DNA from: Malacoraja senta
Taxonomy: Eukaryota
Assembly (NCBI GenBank): GCA_038087875.1
Contig: JAXLNO010005631.1
Span: 318,647-374,000 of the forward strand
Reading direction: 5' to 3'
Length of the DNA: 55,354 nt
The translations under genes were made by a program, and so were the position numbers. Numbering within the stretch: the stretch's first letter is position 1; every line of letters begins with the position of its first letter. Positions 23,801 through 36,724 of this stretch are shown here, in pieces. Below the pieces are notes generated by a model. That model was not told where the DNA came from. It made no database searches and worked only from the letters and a program-made list of their open reading frames with translations.

Positions 23801-24336
23801 AAGAGGATTGGTCCGAGTCAGCATAGATTTTCGAAGGGGAAATCATGCTTGACTAAACTTCAGGAATTTTTTGAGGATGTATCTAGGAAAGTGGACAAGG
23901 GAGAGCCAGTGGATGTAGTGTACCTGGACTTCAGAAGAGAATAGTGGACAAAATTAGGGCACATGGTACTGGGGGTAGAGTGCTGAAATGGATACAAAAT
24001 TGGTTGGCAGACAGGAAACAAAGAGTAGGGATTAAAGGGTCCGTTTCAGAATGGCAGGCAGTGACTAGTGGGGTACCGCAAGGCTCGGTGCTGGGATATA
24101 CATATACATCAATGATTTGGATGAAGGGATTCAAAGTAACATTAGCAAATTTGCAGATGACACAAAACTGGGTGGCAGTGTGAACTGTGAAGAGGATGCT
24201 ATGAGAATGCCATGGAGACTTGGACAGGTTGGTTGAGTGAGCAGATGCATGGCAGATGCAGTTTAATGTGGATAAAGGTGAGGTTATCCACTTTGGTAGC
24301 AATAATAGGAAGGCAGATTATTATCTAAATGGTGTC
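20870..24336 (+). mobile_element. CR1 LINE retaining 5' UTR and ORF1, 3'-truncated within RT C-terminus
   Basis: ORF 21121-21717: CDVCRMW..CGKC zinc finger, coiled coil, IVVGESVVRG, PGARVQDV, VVVHIG. EN at 22200-22900. RT ORFs 23143-23775 and 23944-24183. Confidence 0.92.
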
Positions 24337-24371
24337 AATAGATGCGGTCACAGCTCCGAGCCATGCGGTAC

Positions 24372-25922
24372 AAGGACACCCAGGTCTCACTGTACCTCCC
24401 CCTAACCTAACCCCGTTGAGATAATAATCTGCCCCCTTGTTTTTGCCACATAATTGGATAACCTTACTTTTATCTATATTATACTGCATCTGCCCACTCA
24501 CTCAACCTGTCCAGGACACCCTGCAACTTCCTAACATCCTCTTCACAGTTCACACTGCCACCCAGCTTTGTGTCTTCCGCAACCTTGCTAGTGTTGCTCC
24601 TAATTCCCTCTTTCAAATCATTAATATAAATGGTAAACAGTTGCGGCCCCAACACCGAGCCTCGCAGCACTCCACTCGCCACTGCCTGCAAATCAGAAAA
24701 GGACCCGTTCACTCCTACTCTTTGCTTCCTGTCTGCCAACCAATTTTCTATCCATGTCAACACCCTACCCCCAATAACATGTGCTCTAATTTTAGTCACC
24801 AGTCTCCCGTGCGGGACGATATCAAAGGCTTTCTGAAAGTCTAGATACACTGCATCCACTAGCTCGCCTTAATCCCTTTTACTTGTCACATCCTCACTAA
24901 ATTCCAGAAGATTAGTCAAGCATGATTTTCCTTTCATAAATCCATGCTGACTTGGACTAATCCTTTTATTGCTATCCAAATGCCCCATTATTATCTCTTT
25001 AATAATTGACTCCAGCATCTTTCCCACCACCGAAGTCAGGCTAACTGGTCTGTAATTCCCCGTTTTCTCTCTCGCTCCTTTCTTGAAAAGTGGGATAACA
25101 TTAGCTATCCTCCAATCCACAGGAACTGATCCCGAATCTATTGAACATTGGAAAATGATCACCAATGCATCCACTATTTCTAGAGCCACCTCCCTGAGGA
25201 CCCTGGGATGCAGACCATCAGGCCCAAGGAAATTTATCATCCTTCAGTCCCATTAGCCTACCCAATACTATTTCTCGCCTAATGAAAAGTTCTTTCAGTT
25301 CCTCTACCCCCTTAGATCCTCTGTCCTCCAGTACATCTGGGATATTGTTTGTGTCTTCCTTTGTGAAGACAGATCATCTCCTGTTCAACTCTTCTGCCAT
25401 TTCCTTGTTCCCCATAATAATTTCACCTGTGTCTGTCTTCAAGGAATCCACATTTGACTTTTTCCCTTAACATATCTAAAGAAGCTTTTACTCTCCTTCT
25501 TTACATTCCTGGCCAGCATCCCCTCGTACTTCATCTTTTCAGCCTATATTGCCCGTTTTGTTTCCTTCTTGTGTCCTATGAAAGTTTCCCAATCCTCTGG
25601 CTTCCGGCTACTCTTTGCTGTGTTATACATCTTTTCTTTTAGTTTTATTCTATCCCTAACATCCCTTGTCAGCCACGGTTGCCTCCTATTCCCCATAGAA
25701 TCTTTCTTCCTTTTTGAAATGAAATGATCCTGTGTCTTCCGGATAATGCCCAGAAATTCCTGCCATTGCTGTTCCACCATCATTCCTACTAGGATCCCTT
25801 TCCAGTCTACCTTGGCCAGCTCCTCTCTCATGCCTTCATAATCCCCTTTGTTCAACTGCATCACTGACACTACCAATTTAACCTTCTCCTTCTCAAATTG
25901 CAGATTAAAACTAATCATATTA
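24372..25922 (-). mobile_element. CR1 ORF2 internal fragment
   Basis: ORFs 24479-24859, 24869-25240 and 25544-25918. Confidence 0.9.
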
Positions 25923-25924
25923 TG

Positions 25925-26376
25925 TTCAGCATGTTAATTCCCGGGATGGCGGGACTGACGTATGATGAAAGAAGGCGTTGACTGGGCTGGAATTCAGTCG
26001 GATGAGAGGGGATCTTATAGAAACATATAAAGTTCTTGGAGGATTGGACAGGACAGATGCAGGCATAATGGTCCTGATGTTGGGGGAGTCCAGAACCAGG
26101 GGTCACAGTTTAAGATTAAGGGATAGGCCACTTAGGACTGAGGTTAGGAAAAACTTTTTCACTTAGAATTCTCTGGCAGAGGAGGCAGTGGAGGCCAAGT
26201 CATTGGGTGTTTTCAAGAGAGAGTTAGATTTAGCTTTTAGCTCTAAAGGATTCAAGGGATATGGGGAAAAGCTGGAACGGGGTACTGATTTTTGATGATC
26301 AGCAATGATCATATTGAATGGTGGTGTTGGCCTACGCCTCCACCTAATTTCTAAGTTTCTATGTTTCTATGTTTCT
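25925..26376 (+). mobile_element. CR1 3' fragment with (TTCTATGT)n tail
   Basis: ORF 25978-26166 (MRGDLIETYKVL, TRGHSLRL); tail at 26358-26376. Confidence 0.88.
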
Positions 26377-26377
26377 A

Positions 26378-27058
26378 ACCTGTAATCTGAGATCGAACGG
26401 CACACACATGCGATTTATCTGTTACCTTTTGTCTGCCTATATAATTTTTAATTCGGTAAAATATCGATCATCTTCCCCATTTCTTCTACAACACGACAGT
26501 AGTCCATTACATCAAAGTGGGGAAAAATAAATTAACTTTATTAACGCCTCATACTTCCCTCTAATTATTTGTGTTTATGTGGTTCTGCACAGATTGTCAT
26601 TATTATCATAAATGGAATAAATGATAAAATGACTAATAGCATAAGGAATGAATGCATTGAAGTATCTGCCGAATCAGATTAACCCCCCTCTTCTACATTT
26701 TCTGTGGCCGAAGAGAAACATTTCATTGTGAACGATGGGTAAGAGCTTCCTATGTAACTGAACGGAAGCACCTGTGTCGACCGTGCTGCTAAATTAATCA
26801 GGCGTTTTCTTTCTGCTACTCAAACACTGAAAACTCTGATGGTGAATTAGAACTAACAAAATAAAAAACTACCTAGCAACAGATCTCGCAAAATTTCACC
26901 TACCAATCTTATTGGTTACATGCTGCACCATTTCTGTTAAATTGTCAAGAATATCAATTCTGATCATGTATATCCCAGCAACTGTGTTTGATTGGGATTA
27001 GTTTTCACGTGTACAGTGGGCATCAATGTCTCTGAGATTCTTTATGGAAACTGTTTAG
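26378..27058 (-). pseudogene. Duplicate of the distal flytrap block of the GPCR pseudogene
   Basis: Directly alignable to 19246-19925. Translates GGLI*F..AFIPYAISH, EV*GVNKVNLFF and TVVL*KK (cf. DVVLWKE). Confidence 0.65.
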
Positions 27059-27064
27059 ACAATC

Positions 27065-28460
27065 AAAATTAGACAAAATACAATAGGTGCAGGAGTAGAC
27101 CATTCGGCCCATCAAGACAGCACCGCCATTCAATGTGATCATGGCTGATCATCCCCAATCAGTACCCCGTTCCTGCATTCTCCACATGTCCCCTGCCTCC
27201 GCTAACTTTAAGAGCCCTATCTAGCTCTCTCTTGAAAGTATCCAGAGAACCGGCCTCTGAAGCAGAGAATTCCACAGACTCCCAACTCACTGTGTGAAAA
27301 AGTGTTTCCTCGTCTCAGTTCTAAATGGCTTACCGATTATTCTTAAACTGTGGCCCCTGGTTCCGGACTCCCCCAACATCGGGAACATGTTTCCTGCCTC
27401 TAGCGTGTCCAAACCCTTAATAATCTTATATGTTTCAATAAGATCCTCTCTCATCCTTCTAAACTCCAGGGTATACAAGTCCAGCCACTCCATTCTCTCA
27501 GCATTTAACAGTCCCGCCATCCCGGGAATAAACCTTGTAAACCTACGCTGCACTCTCTTTTGAGCGTCTCTTTGCTCCTCCACTCAACTCCACTTGTTAT
27601 GAATGCCAACATGTCATTCTCTTTCTTCACTCCCTGCTGTACCTGCATGCATACTTTCATAGACTGATGAACAAAGATCCACAGATCCCGTTGTACTTCC
27701 CCTTTTCCCAACTTGACACCATTTGAATAATCTGCCTTCCTGTTATTGCTACCAAAGTGGATAACCTCACATTTATCCACATTAAACTGCATCTGCCATG
27801 CATCTGCCCACTCAACCAACCTGTCCAAGTCACCAGGGCATTCTCATAGCATCCTCTTCACAGTTCACACTGCCACCCAGTTTTGTGTCATCTGCAAATT
27901 TGCAAATGTTACTTTGAATCCCTTCATCAAAATCATTGATGTATATTGTAAATAGATGCGGTCCCAGCTCCGAGTCATGCGGTACCCCACTAGTCACTGC
28001 CTGCCATTCTGAAAGGGACCCGTTAATCCCTACTCTTTGTATCCTGTCTGACAACCAATTTTCTATCCATGTCAGCACTCTACCAGCAATACCATGTGCT
28101 CTAATTTTGCCCACTAATCTCCTAGGTGGGACCTTATCAAATGCTTTCCAAAAGTCCACCTACATTACATCCACTGGCCCTCCCTTTTCCATTTTCCTAG
28201 TTACATCCTCAAAAAATTCAAGAAGATTAGTCAACCATGATTTCCCCTTCGTAAATCCATGCTGACTCGGACCGATCCTGTTACTGCTATCCAAATATGC
28301 CGCTATTTCATCTTTTATAATTGACTCCAGCATCTTCCCCACCACCGATGTCACCCTAACTGGTCTATATTTCACTGTTTTCTCTCTCCCGCCCTTCTTA
28401 AAAAGTGGGATAACATTAACTACCATCCAATCCACAGGAACTGATCCTGAATCTATAGAA
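27065..28460 (-). mobile_element. CR1 3' half (ACAATAG-tail subfamily)
   Basis: ORFs 27287-27583, 27505-27828, 27830-28159 and 28160-28516. Confidence 0.9.
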
Positions 28461-29103
28461 CAATAGACAATAGGTGCAGGAGGAGAACTTTTGGCACTTT
28501 GGGCCAGCACCGCCATTCATTGTGATCATGGCTGATCGTCCCCAATCAATAACCCGTGCCTGCCTTCTCTCCACATTCCTTGATTCCACTAGCTCCAAGA
28601 GCTCCATCTAACTCTCTCTTAAATCCATCCAGTGATTTGGCCTCCACTGCCCTCTGTGGCAGGGAATTCCACAAATTCACAACTCTCTGGGTGAAAAGGG
28701 TTTTTTTCTCACCTCAGTCTTAAATGGCCTTCTCTTTATTCTAAGATTGTGGCCCCTGGTTCTGGACTCGCCCAACATTGGGAACATTTTTCCTGCATCT
28801 AGCTTGTCCAGTCCTTTTTTTTAAATCATTTTATATGTTTCTATAAGATCCGGCCTCATCCTTCTAAACTCCAGTGAATACAAGCCTAGTCTTTTCAATC
28901 TTTCCTCATATGACAGTCCCGCCATCCCAGGGATCAATCTCGTGAACCTACGCTGCACTGCCTCAATCACAAGGATGTCCTTCCTCAAATTAGGAGACCA
29001 AAACTGTACACAATACTCCTGATGTGGTCTTACCAGAGCCCTATACAACTGCAGAAGAACCTCTGTACTCCTATACTGAAATACTCTTGTTATGAAGGCC
29101 ATA
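28461..29103 (-). mobile_element. CR1 3' part, which continues at about 32607 after a younger insertion
   Basis: Matches 47690-48310. The contiguous form is seen at 35260-35420. Confidence 0.85.
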
Positions 29104-32100
29104 ATTACATAGATACATAGATACATAGAAAATAGGTGCAGGAGTAGGCCATTCGGCCCTTCGAGCCTGCACCGCCATTCAATATGATCATGGCTGATCA
29201 TCCAACTCAGTATCCCGTACCTGCCTTCTCTCCATACCCCTGATCCCTTTAGCCACAAGGGCCACATCTAACTCCCTCTTAAATATAGCCAATGAACTGG
29301 CCTCAACTACCCTCTGTGGCAGAGAGTTCCAGAGATTCACCACTCTCTGTGTGAAAACGTTTTTTCTCATCTTGTTCTTAAAGGATTTCCCCCTTATCCT
29401 TAAGCTGTGACCCCTTGTCCTGGACTTCCCCAACATCGGGAACAATCTTCCTGCATCTAGCCTGTCCAACCCCATAAGAATTTTGTACGTTTCTATAAGA
29501 TCCCCTCTCAATCTCCTAAATTCTAGCGAGTATAAGCCAAGTCTATCCAGTCTTTCTTCATATGAAAGTCCTGACATCCCAGGAATCAGTCTGGTGAACC
29601 TTCTCTGCACTCCCTCTATGGCTATAATGGCCTTCCTCAGATTTGGAGACCAAAACTGTACGCAATACTCCAGGTGTGGTCTCACCAAGACCCTGTACAA
29701 CTGCAGTAGAACCTCCCTGCTCCTATACTCAAATCCTTTTGCTATGAAAGCTAACATACCATTCGCATTCTTCACTGCCTGCTGCACCTGCATGCCCACT
29801 TTCAATGACTGGTGTACCATGACACCCAGGTCTCGCTGCATCTCCCCGTTTCCTAATCGGCCACCATTTAGATAATAGTCTACCTTCCTGTTTTTGCCAC
29901 CAAAGTGGATAACCTCACATTTATCCACATTATACTGCATCTGCCAAACATTTGCCCACTCACCCAGCCTATCCAAGTCACCTTGCAGTCTCCTAGCATC
30001 CTCCTCACAGCTAACTGCTAGAGTCAGTTATTAAAGATGGGATAGCAGCACATTTGGAAAGTGGTGAAATCATTGGACAAAGTCAGCATGGATTTACGAA
30101 AGGTAAATCGTGTCTGACGAATCTTATAGAATTTTTCGAGGATGTAACTAGTAGAGTGGATAGGGGAGAACCAGTGGATGTGTTGTATCTGGACTTTCAG
30201 AAGGCTTTCGACAAGGTACCACATAAGAGATTAGGATACAAACTTAAATCACACGGTATTGGGGGTTCAGTATTGATGTGGATAGAGAACTGGCTGGCAA
30301 ACAGGAAGCAAAGAGTAGGAGTAAACGGGTCCTTTTCACAATGGCAGGCAGTGACTAGTGGGGTACCACAAGGCTCAGTGCTGGGACCCCAGCTATTTAC
30401 AATTTATATTAATGATCTGGACAAGGGAATTGAAAGCAACATCTCCAAGTTTGCGGATGACACTAAGCTGGGGGGCAGTGTTAGCTGTGAGGAGGATGCT
30501 AGGAGACTGCAAGGTGACTTGGATAGGCTGGGTGAGTGGGCAAATGTTTGGCAGATGCAGTATAATGTGGATAAATGTGAGGTTATCCACTTTGGTAGCA
30601 AAAACGGGAAGGCAGACTATTATCTAAATGGTGGCCGATTAGGAAATGGGGAGATGCAGCGAGACCTGGGTGTCATGGTACACCAGTCATTGAAAGTAGG
30701 CATGCAGGTGCAGCAGGCAGTGAAGAAAGCGAATGGTATGTTGGCCTTCATAGCAAGAGGATTTGAGTATAGGAGCAGCGAGGTTCTACTGCAGTTGTAC
30801 AGGGTCTTGGTGAGACCACACCTGGAGTATTGCGTACAGTTTTGGTCTCCAAATCTGAGGAAGGACATTATAGCCATAGAGGGAGTGCAGAGAAGGTTCA
30901 CCAGACTGATTCCTGGGATGTCAGGACTTTCATATGAAGAAAGACTGGATAGACTTGGCTTATACTCGCTAGAATTTAGGAGATTGAGAGGGGATCTTAT
31001 AGAAACGTACAAGATTCTTATGGGGTTGGACAGGCTAGATGCAGGAAGATTGTTCCCGATGTTGGGGAAGTCCAGGACAAGGGGTCACAGCTTAAGGATA
31101 AGGGGGAAATCCTTTAGGACCGAGATGAGGAAAAACTTTTTCACACAGAGAGTGGTGAATCTCTGGAACTCTCTGCCACAGAGGGTAGTTGAGGCCAGTT
31201 CATTGGCTATATTTAAGAAGGAATTAGATGTGGCCCTTGTGGCTAAAGGGATCAGGGGGTATGGAGAGAAGGCAGGTACGGGATACTGAGTTGGATGATC
31301 AGCCATGATCGTATTGAATGGCGGTGCAGGCTCGAAGGGCCGAATGGCCTACTCCTGCACCTATTTTCTATGTATCTATGTATGTATCTAACACTGCCGC
31401 CCAGCTTAGTGTCATCCGCAAACTTGGAGATGTTACCTTCAATTCCCTCATCCAGCTCATTAATATAAATTGTAAATAGCTGGGGTCCCTGCACTGAGCC
31501 TTGCGGTACCCCGCTAGTCTCTGCCTGCCATTGTCAAAAGGACCCGTTTACTCCTACTCTTTGCTTGCTGTTTGCCAGCCAGTTCTCTATCCACATCAAT
31601 ACTGAGCCCTGAGTACCGTGTGCTTTAAGTTTGTATACTAATCTCTTATGTGGGACCTTGTCAAAAGCCTTTTGAAAGTCCAGATACGACGCATCCACTG
31701 GTTCTCCCCTATCCACTCCACTAGTTACATCCTCGAAAAATTCTATATGATTCATCAGACATGATTTACCTTTCGTAAATCCATGCTGACTTTGTCCAAT
31801 GATTTCACCACTTTCCAAATGTGCTGCTATCCCATCTTTAATAACTGACTAGCAGTTTCCCCACTACCGATGTTAGACTAACTGATCTGTAATTCCCCGT
31901 TTTCTCTCTCCCTCCCTTCTTAAAAAGTGGGGTTACGTTTGCTACCCTCCAATCCTCAGGAACTACTCCAGAATCTAAAGAGTTTTGAAAACTTTTCACT
32001 AATGCATCCGCTATTTCTGGAGCTACTTCCTTAAGTACTCTGGGATGCAGCCTATCTGGCCCTGGTGATCTTTCGGCCTTTAATCCATTCAATTTACCCA

Positions 32101-32570
32101 ACACCACTTCCCGACTAACCTGGATTTCACTCAGTTCCTCTATCTCCTTTGACCCCTGCTATTTCCGTCAGATTATTTATGTCTTCCTTAGTGAAGACAG
32201 AACCAAAGTAGTTATTCAATTGGTCCGCCATATCCTTGTTCCCCATGATCAATTCACCTGTTTCTGACTGCAAGGGACCTACATTTGTTTTAACTAATCT
32301 CTTTCTCTTCACATATCTATAAAAACGTTTGCAGTCAGTTTTTATATTCCCTGCCAGTTTTCTTTCATAATCTATTTTCCCTTTCCTAATTAAGCCCTTT
32401 GTCCTCCTCTGCTGGTCTCTGAATTTCTCCCAGTCCTCTGGTATGCTGCTTTTTCTGGCTAATTTGTACGCATCATTTTTTGCTTTGATACCATCCCTGG
32501 TTTCCCTTGTTATCCACGGATGCACTACCTTCCCTGATTTATTCTTTTGCCAAACTGGGATGAACAATTT
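29104..32570 (-). mobile_element. Young CR1 copy, split into 29104-30015 and 31388-32570 by a same-family insertion
   Basis: ORF 29188-29976 (262 aa, RT C-terminus), ORFs 31534-31818, 31838-32107 and 32127-32621. (ACATAGAT)n tail at 29107-29128. Confidence 0.9.
30016..31387 (+). mobile_element. Young 5'-truncated CR1 with uninterrupted RT frame (411 aa)
   Basis: ORF 30054-31289 with [27 protein letters not shown] and FADD; (TATGTATC)-type tail at about 31368-31390. Confidence 0.93.
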
Positions 32571-32606
32571 TTGTTGGGGGAGCCCAGAACCAGGGGTCAC
32601 AGTTCT

Positions 32607-35253
32607 CTGCTGTACCTGCACGCCAACTTTCAGTGACCGGTGTACAAGAACACCCAGGTCTCGCTGTACCTCCCCCTAACCTAACCTAACCCCATTGAGA
32701 TAATAATCTGCCCCCTTGTTTTTGCCACCTAATTGGATAACCTCACATTTATCTATATTATACTGCATCTGCCCACCCACTCAACCTGTCCAGGACACCC
32801 TGCAACCTCCTAACCTCCTCTTCACAGTTCACACTGCCACCCAGCTTTGTGTCATCCACAAACTTGCTAGTGTTGCTCCTAATTCCCTCTTCCAAATCAT
32901 TAATATAAATGGTAAACAGTTGCAGCCCCAACATCGAGCCTTGCGGCACTCCACTTCCCACTGCCTGCCATTCTGAAAAGGACCCGTTCACTCCTACACT
33001 TAGCTTCCTGTCTGCCAACCAATTTTCTATCCATGTCAACACCTTACACCCAATACCATGTACAAGCGGGACATTATCAAAGGCTTTCTGAACGTCTAAA
33101 TAAACTACATCCACTGGCTCCCCTTAATCCCTTTTACTTGTCACATCCTCAGAAAATTCCAGAAGATTAGTCAAGCATGATTTTCCTTTCATAAATCCAT
33201 GCTGACTTGGACTAATTCTTTTACTGCTATCCAAATGCCCCATTATTACCTCTTTAATAATTGACTCCAGCATCTTTCCCACCACCGAAGTCAGGCTAAC
33301 TGGTCTGTAATTCCCCGTTTTCTCTCTCGCCCCTTTCTTGAAAAGTCGGATAACATTAGCTATCCTCCAATCCACAGGAACTGATCCCGAATCTATTGAA
33401 CATTGGAAAATATTCACCAATGCGTCCACTATTTCTAGAGCCACCTCCCTGAGGACCCTGGGATGCAGACCATCAGGCCCAGGAAAATTATCATCCTTCA
33501 GTCCCATTAGCCAACCCAATACTATTTCTCACCTAATGAACATTTCTTTCAGTTCCTCTACCCCCTTAGATCCTCTGTCCTCCATTACTTCAGGGAGATT
33601 GTTTGCGTCTTCCTTAGTGAAGACAGATCAACTCTTGTTCAACCCTTCTGCCATTTCCTTGTTCCCCATAATAATTTCACCCGTGTCTGCCTTCAAGGGA
33701 CCCACATTTGACTTTTCCCTTAACATATCTAAAGAAGCTTTTACTCTCCTACTTTACATTCCTGGCCAGCATTCCCTCGTACTTCATCTTTTCAGCCCGT
33801 ATTGCCCGTTTTGTTTCCTTCTGTTGTCCTTTGAAAGTTTACCAATCCTCTGGCTTCCGGCTACTCTTTGCTGTGTTGTACATCTTTTCTTTTAGTTTTA
33901 TTCTATCCCTAAATTCCCTTGTCAGCCACGGTTGCCTACTACTCCCCTTAGAATCTTTCTTCCTTTTTGGAATGAAATGATCTGCGTCTTCCGTATGCCC
34001 AGAAATTCCTGCGATTGCTGTTCCAACCGTCATTCCTGCTAGGATCCCTTTCCAGTCCGCCTTGGCCAGCTCCTCTCTCATGCCTTCATAGTTCCCTTTG
34101 TTCAACTGCATCACTGACACTTCCAATTTAACCTTCTCCTTCTCAAATTGCAGATTCAAACTAATCATATTATGTTCAGCATGTTAATTCCCAGGATGGC
34201 GGGACTGACGTATGATGAAAGAATGCGTCGACTGGGCTGGAATTCAGTCGGATGAGAGGGGATCTTATAGAAACATATAAAATTCTTGGAGGATTGGACA
34301 GGACAGATGCAGGCATAATGGTCCTGATGTTGGGGGAGTCCAGAACCAGGGGTCACAGTTTAAGATTAAGGGATAGGCCATTTAGGACTGAGGTGAGAAA
34401 AAACATTTTCACTTAGAGGTGTGAAACTGTGGAATTCTCTGCCAGAGGAGGCAGTGGAGCCAAGTCATTGGGTGTTTTCAAGAGAGAGTTAGATTTAGCT
34501 TTTAGCTCTAAAGGATTCAAGGGATATGGGGAAAAGCTGGAAAGGGGTACTGATTTTGGATGATCAGCAATGATCATATTGAATGGTGGTGTTGGCCTAC
34601 GCCTGCACCTAATTTCTAAGTTTCTATGTTTCTAACCTGTAATCTGAGATCGAACGGCACACACATGCGATTTATCTGTTACCTTTTGTCTGCCTATGTA
34701 ATGTTTAATTCGGTAAAATATCGATCATCTTCACCATTTCTTCTACAAGACGACAGTAGTCCATTACATCAAAGTGGGGAAAACTAAATTAACTTTATTA
34801 ACGCCTCATACTTCCCTCTAATTGTTTGTGTTTATGTGGTTCTGCACAGATTGTCATTATTATCATAAATGGAATAATGATAAAATGACTAATAGCATAA
34901 GGAATGAATGCATTGAAGGTTCTGCTGTATCAGATTAACCCCCCCTCTTCTACATTTTCTGTGGCCGAAGAGAAACATTTCATTGTGAACGATGGGTAAG
35001 AGCTTCCTATGTAACTGAACGGAAACACCTGTGTCGACCGTGCTGCTAAATTAATCAGGCGTTTTCTTCTGCTACTCAAACACTGAAAACTCTGATAGTG
35101 AATTACAACTGACAAAATTAAAATTACCTAGCAACAGATCTCGCAAACTTCCAGCTACCAATCTTATTGGTTACATGCTGCACCATTTCGGTTTAAATTG
35201 TCAAGAATATCACTTCTGATCATGTATATCCCGGCAACTGTGCTTGATTGGGA
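32607..35253. repeat. Segmental duplication unit 2
   Basis: Direct repeat of 24372-27058 with the same internal junctions. Confidence 0.9.
34634..35253 (-). pseudogene. Duplicate of the distal flytrap block, truncated
   Basis: Alignable to 26378-26998. ORF 34930-35115 ends STQVFPFSY..ATENVEEGGLI. Confidence 0.65.
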
Positions 35254-35254
35254 C

Positions 35255-36075
35255 TACACAATACTCCAGATGTGGTCTTACCAGAGCCCTATACAACTGC
35301 AGAAGAACCCTTTACTCTATACTGAAATACTCTTGTTATGAAGGCCATAATTCCATTAGATTTCTTCACTGCCTGCCGTACCTGCATGCCAACTTTCAGT
35401 GACCGGTGTACAAGAACACCCAGGTCTTGCTGTACCTCCCCCCTTACCTAACCTAACCCCATTGAGATAATAATCTGCCCCCTTGTTTTTGCACCTAATT
35501 GGATAACCTCACATTTATCTATATTATACTACATCTGCCCACTCACTCACCTGTCCAGGACACCCTGCAACCTCCTAACATCCTCTTCACAGTTCACACT
35601 GCCACCCAGCTTTGTGTCATCTGCAAACTTGCTAGTGTTGCTCCTAATTCCCTCTTCCAAATCATTAATATACATGGTAAACAGTTGCGGCCCCAACACC
35701 GAGCCTTGCGGCACTCCACTCGCCACTGCCTGCCATCTGAAAAGGACCCGTTCACTCCTACACTTTGCTTCCTGTCTGCCAACCAATTTTCTATCCATGT
35801 CAACACCTTACCCCCAATACCATGTACTCTGATTTTAGGCACCAGTCTCCCCTACGGGATGTTATCAAAGGCTTTCTGAAAGTCTAGATACACTACATCC
35901 ACTGGCTCCCTTAATCCCTTTTACTTGTCACATCCTCAAAAAATTCCAGAAAATTAGTCGTGATATTCCTTTCTTAAATCCATGCTGACTTGGACTAATC
36001 CTTTTACTGCTATCCAAATGCCCCATTATTACCTCTTTAATAATTGACTCCAGCATCTTTCCCACCACCGAAATC
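35255..36075 (-). mobile_element. CR1 RT fragment of a third, partial duplication unit
   Basis: ORFs 35547-35798 and 35594-35842; same subfamily as 24372-25100. Confidence 0.88.
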
Positions 36076-36079
36076 CCAC

Positions 36080-36720
36080 TACCTTTTGTCTGCCTATGAA
36101 ATTTTTAATTGTAAATATCGATCATCTTCCCCATTTCTTCTACAAGACGACAGTAGTCCATTACATCAAAGTGGGGAAAACTAAATTAACTTTATTAACG
36201 CCTCATACTTCCCTCTAATTGTTTGTGTTTATGTGGTTCTGCACAAATTGTCATTATTATCATAAATGGAATAAATGATAAAATGACTAATAGCATAAGG
36301 AATGAATGCATTGAAGTTTCTGCCGTATCAGATTAACCCCCCCTCTTCTACATTTTCTGTGGCCGAAGAGAAACATTTCATTGTGAACGATGGTTAAGAG
36401 CTTCCTATGTAACTGAACGGAAACACATGTGTCGACCGTGCTTCTAAATTAATCAGGCGTTTTCTTCTGCTACTCATACACTGAAAACTCTGATGGTGAA
36501 TTACAACTAACAAAATAAAAAAACTACCTAGCAACAGATCTCGCAAACTTCCAGCTACCAAATCTTATTTGGTAGCTGGAAGTAGGCTGCACCATTTCGG
36601 TTAAATTGTCAAGAATATCAATTCTGATCATGTATATCCAGCCACTGTGTTTGATTGGGTTTAATTTTCACGAGTAAATTGGGCATCAATGTCTCTGAGA
36701 TTCTGTATGGAATCTGTTTA
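36080..36720 (-). pseudogene. Duplicate of the distal flytrap block
   Basis: Alignable to 26422-27058. Confidence 0.65.
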
Positions 36721-36724
36721 GTCA

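Larger units (their letters stand above)
24372..27058. repeat. Segmental duplication unit 1 (CR1 minus + CR1 plus 3' piece + GPCR block)
   Basis: Colinear with 32607-35253, including the chimeric junction AAACTAATCATATTATGTTCAGCATGTTAATTCCC at about 25910 and 34158. Confidence 0.9.

Noticed and set aside
26540-26600. LC..GKYEAL resembling the carbohydrate sulfotransferase GKYETL motif
   Set aside because: It is a single short motif with no other sulfotransferase features and is better explained by the GPCR alignment in an adjacent frame.
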